Positions 62,451 through 64,000 of a stretch of 64,000 nucleotides of DNA are shown here, one piece after another; the first letter of the stretch is position 1, and each line of letters starts with the position of its first letter. A program made the position numbers and the translations under genes. The DNA lies in assembly GCF_021869535.1 (NCBI RefSeq), contig NW_026262712.1, forward strand, positions 89,466,001 through 89,530,000, given 5' to 3'. The notes beneath the pieces are model-generated. The model was given only the letters and a program-made list of their open reading frames with translations. It searched no databases and had not been told where the DNA came from. Source of the DNA: Mytilus californianus (lineage: Eukaryota).

Positions 62451-62653
62451 ATTTTTATATTCTGTATAACATAGTCTCTTAAATGCTATGTGAATACTTG
62501 ACCGTGTAAAACAACATTGTATGTATAATAGCTATATATCATTAATAACAGCTCTAAGTATTGCCTTGCACTAACGGACGAAATCATCAGGATTGGTAAA
62601 CCGTATCTATGGGTAATGCAGTATAATGATTTATAAATTAAATCTCATTTCAG

Positions 62654-62792
62654 CTATTTGATGGTGTAATTGTGATTATATCCTTCGTCCTAGATCTTGC
62701 CTTTATAAAAGGTATGATGGAATATCCACTAGAAGATGCAGTTGAAATCCTAGCATTCCTTATACCATGGAGAGTAATAAGAGTTGCCAACA
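62654..62792 (+). CDS. HVCN1-like: Hv exon, S3-S4: LFDGVIVIISFVLDLAFIKGMMEYPLEDAVEILAFLIPWRVIRVAN(S)
   Basis: D174, S181, F182, D185, W207, R208, R211 and N214 equivalents. tcatttcag acceptor, A|GTAAGT donor. Confidence 0.95.
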
Positions 62793-64000
62793 GTAAGTCA
62801 CATTATACAGAGAATTCCAAACGAACTCTCTAAATGTAAATTGTAATTTGGTTCTGAATTAAAGTTAATGGAACTTAATTTAAATATACTAACAGGAAAT
62901 GTCAGGAAGAAATAATAAATTGAAAAGAAAATTACTTTTAAATCACCAATACTTGATTTATGTTATCTAATTAACAAAGAAAAGATGTCAAAAAAAAAGA
63001 TAGAGATCACTGATAAAACAAAATAGAATAACAGAAAAAAAACTGTTGTGGTAATTTGGACAAATATGCAAAAAGCATGATTTTTTTGTAAAACAATTAT
63101 GAAATCCTGGAAAACAGCACTTTCAATGTATTTTTTTGCTAACAAATCATATTTTTAAAACTTCTAACACTCGTCGTCAATCTATTATATAAATGTTGTA
63201 TTTACATCAATTTAATGCACTAACGTTCAAATCTGTTCTCTTGGAAATCATTTTGAAAGTACTCATTACAATGTGGATAAAACAGTTACAATTTGAAGTA
63301 TTTCTTCATATTAAAATGTTTTAATCTAATAAATATGAAATTAACAGATTAAGCACATACTATCTCAAAGAGAGAAGTCTTACTTAAAACATGAGTTATT
63401 GAGAACACAATTGTTTTTTCATACAAAAAGATTTCCAAAGTGGTTTGAACAGTTTCCTCATAATTTATTGAACTTTAGATGTGTATGGCCTCTCAGTAAG
63501 TGTTTTTGTCATGTACCTTAAGAATTAAATTGCCTTCGCGATTATTGGACACGTATGATGAGTTGATTGGTCAAGAAGTCAGTCATATTGCAACAATCTG
63601 GATACCAAAAGTCAATATACAAGTATAAAAGATATAGAAAGTGGTTCCATCAACTTCTTCGTTTAGTTTTTGATAAGCATTTGACTCAAAAAAAACTAAA
63701 ATGATTAGTAAAAAGGAGAAAACAAATTGATCTACTTATGTTAAATCAACGATTTTACTTTGCCTGTTAATAGGAGCGTGATAATCTTTATAGTAATGAT
63801 CAGTAATAGTCTTTGTAATGAATTGCTATAAATTTGACATTGAAATCATTAAATATGTATACGTTCTTGGATAATAGTTGGCTTTAGGGTTCCAGATGAA
63901 GGTAATTCCGGAAAACGCGTTGGACGCACCAACTTTCTAAAGAATTACGACATAACAGGGCGTGCAGTTTATTAACTGATTGAACTTCAAATAAATAAAT

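Larger units (their letters stand above)
50084..62792 (+). other. HVCN1-like: Voltage-gated proton channel gene (Hv family, Hv3-type), 3' part beyond window
   Basis: Six exons with compatible phases (0,2,1,0,0,1) give one frame of ~295 aa from Met 50093. S1, S2-S3 and S4 align to human Hv1, without gaps from H140 to D185. Confidence 0.92.

Noticed and set aside
50084-62792. Alternative identity as TMEM266, VSP/TPTE or a Kv/Nav voltage sensor
   Set aside because: Mid-S1 Asp with E119/D123 spacing, FHxxSIxIL, and WRxxRxxN fit Hv best. A pore or phosphatase domain beyond the window cannot be formally excluded.
1385-63145. Most remaining 60-130 aa ORFs in the track
   Set aside because: Low-complexity F/L/I/K/Y-rich translations typical of AT-rich non-coding DNA or repeats, without motifs or splice support.

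Overview
AT-rich eukaryotic genomic DNA (roughly 30-33% GC by eye). The interspersed repeats look like those of a bivalve mollusc, most likely a Mytilus mussel; this is inferred from recognisable repeat families, not from a search. The one host gene I can support is a voltage-gated proton channel (Hv/HVCN1 family) on the + strand. Six coding exons (50084-50233, 53629-53747, 55419-55543, 59126-59433, 61511-61564, 62654-62792) splice in frame into about 295 aa covering the N-terminus and S1-S4, and the gene runs off the right edge. It is an atypical, Hv3-type channel. The selectivity Asp (human D112) is kept, but S4 reads IPWRVIR instead of RxWRxxR. Two hydrophobic-gasket positions are changed (V109N, F150L) and two inner acidic counter-charges are neutralised (E153M, E171Q). 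The S1-S2 loop is about 94 aa with three N-glycosylation sequons, and intron 3 has a GC donor. The first 50 kb contain no other recognisable host exons and may be a large 5' intron or upstream region, with a candidate first exon (MASANRVTFK) at 5540-5569. This region and the gene's introns are full of mobile DNA: a young 5'-truncated CR1-group LINE with an uninterrupted ~570-codon frame, two decayed LINE 3' ends, a Penelope remnant, several Helitron/Helentron-type non-autonomous elements carrying ~150-170 bp tandem repeats, tRNA-derived SINEs, MITEs, long palindromic elements and two 30-bp minisatellites. No rRNA, true tRNA or CRISPR array was seen. All translations, alignments and coordinates were worked out by hand.
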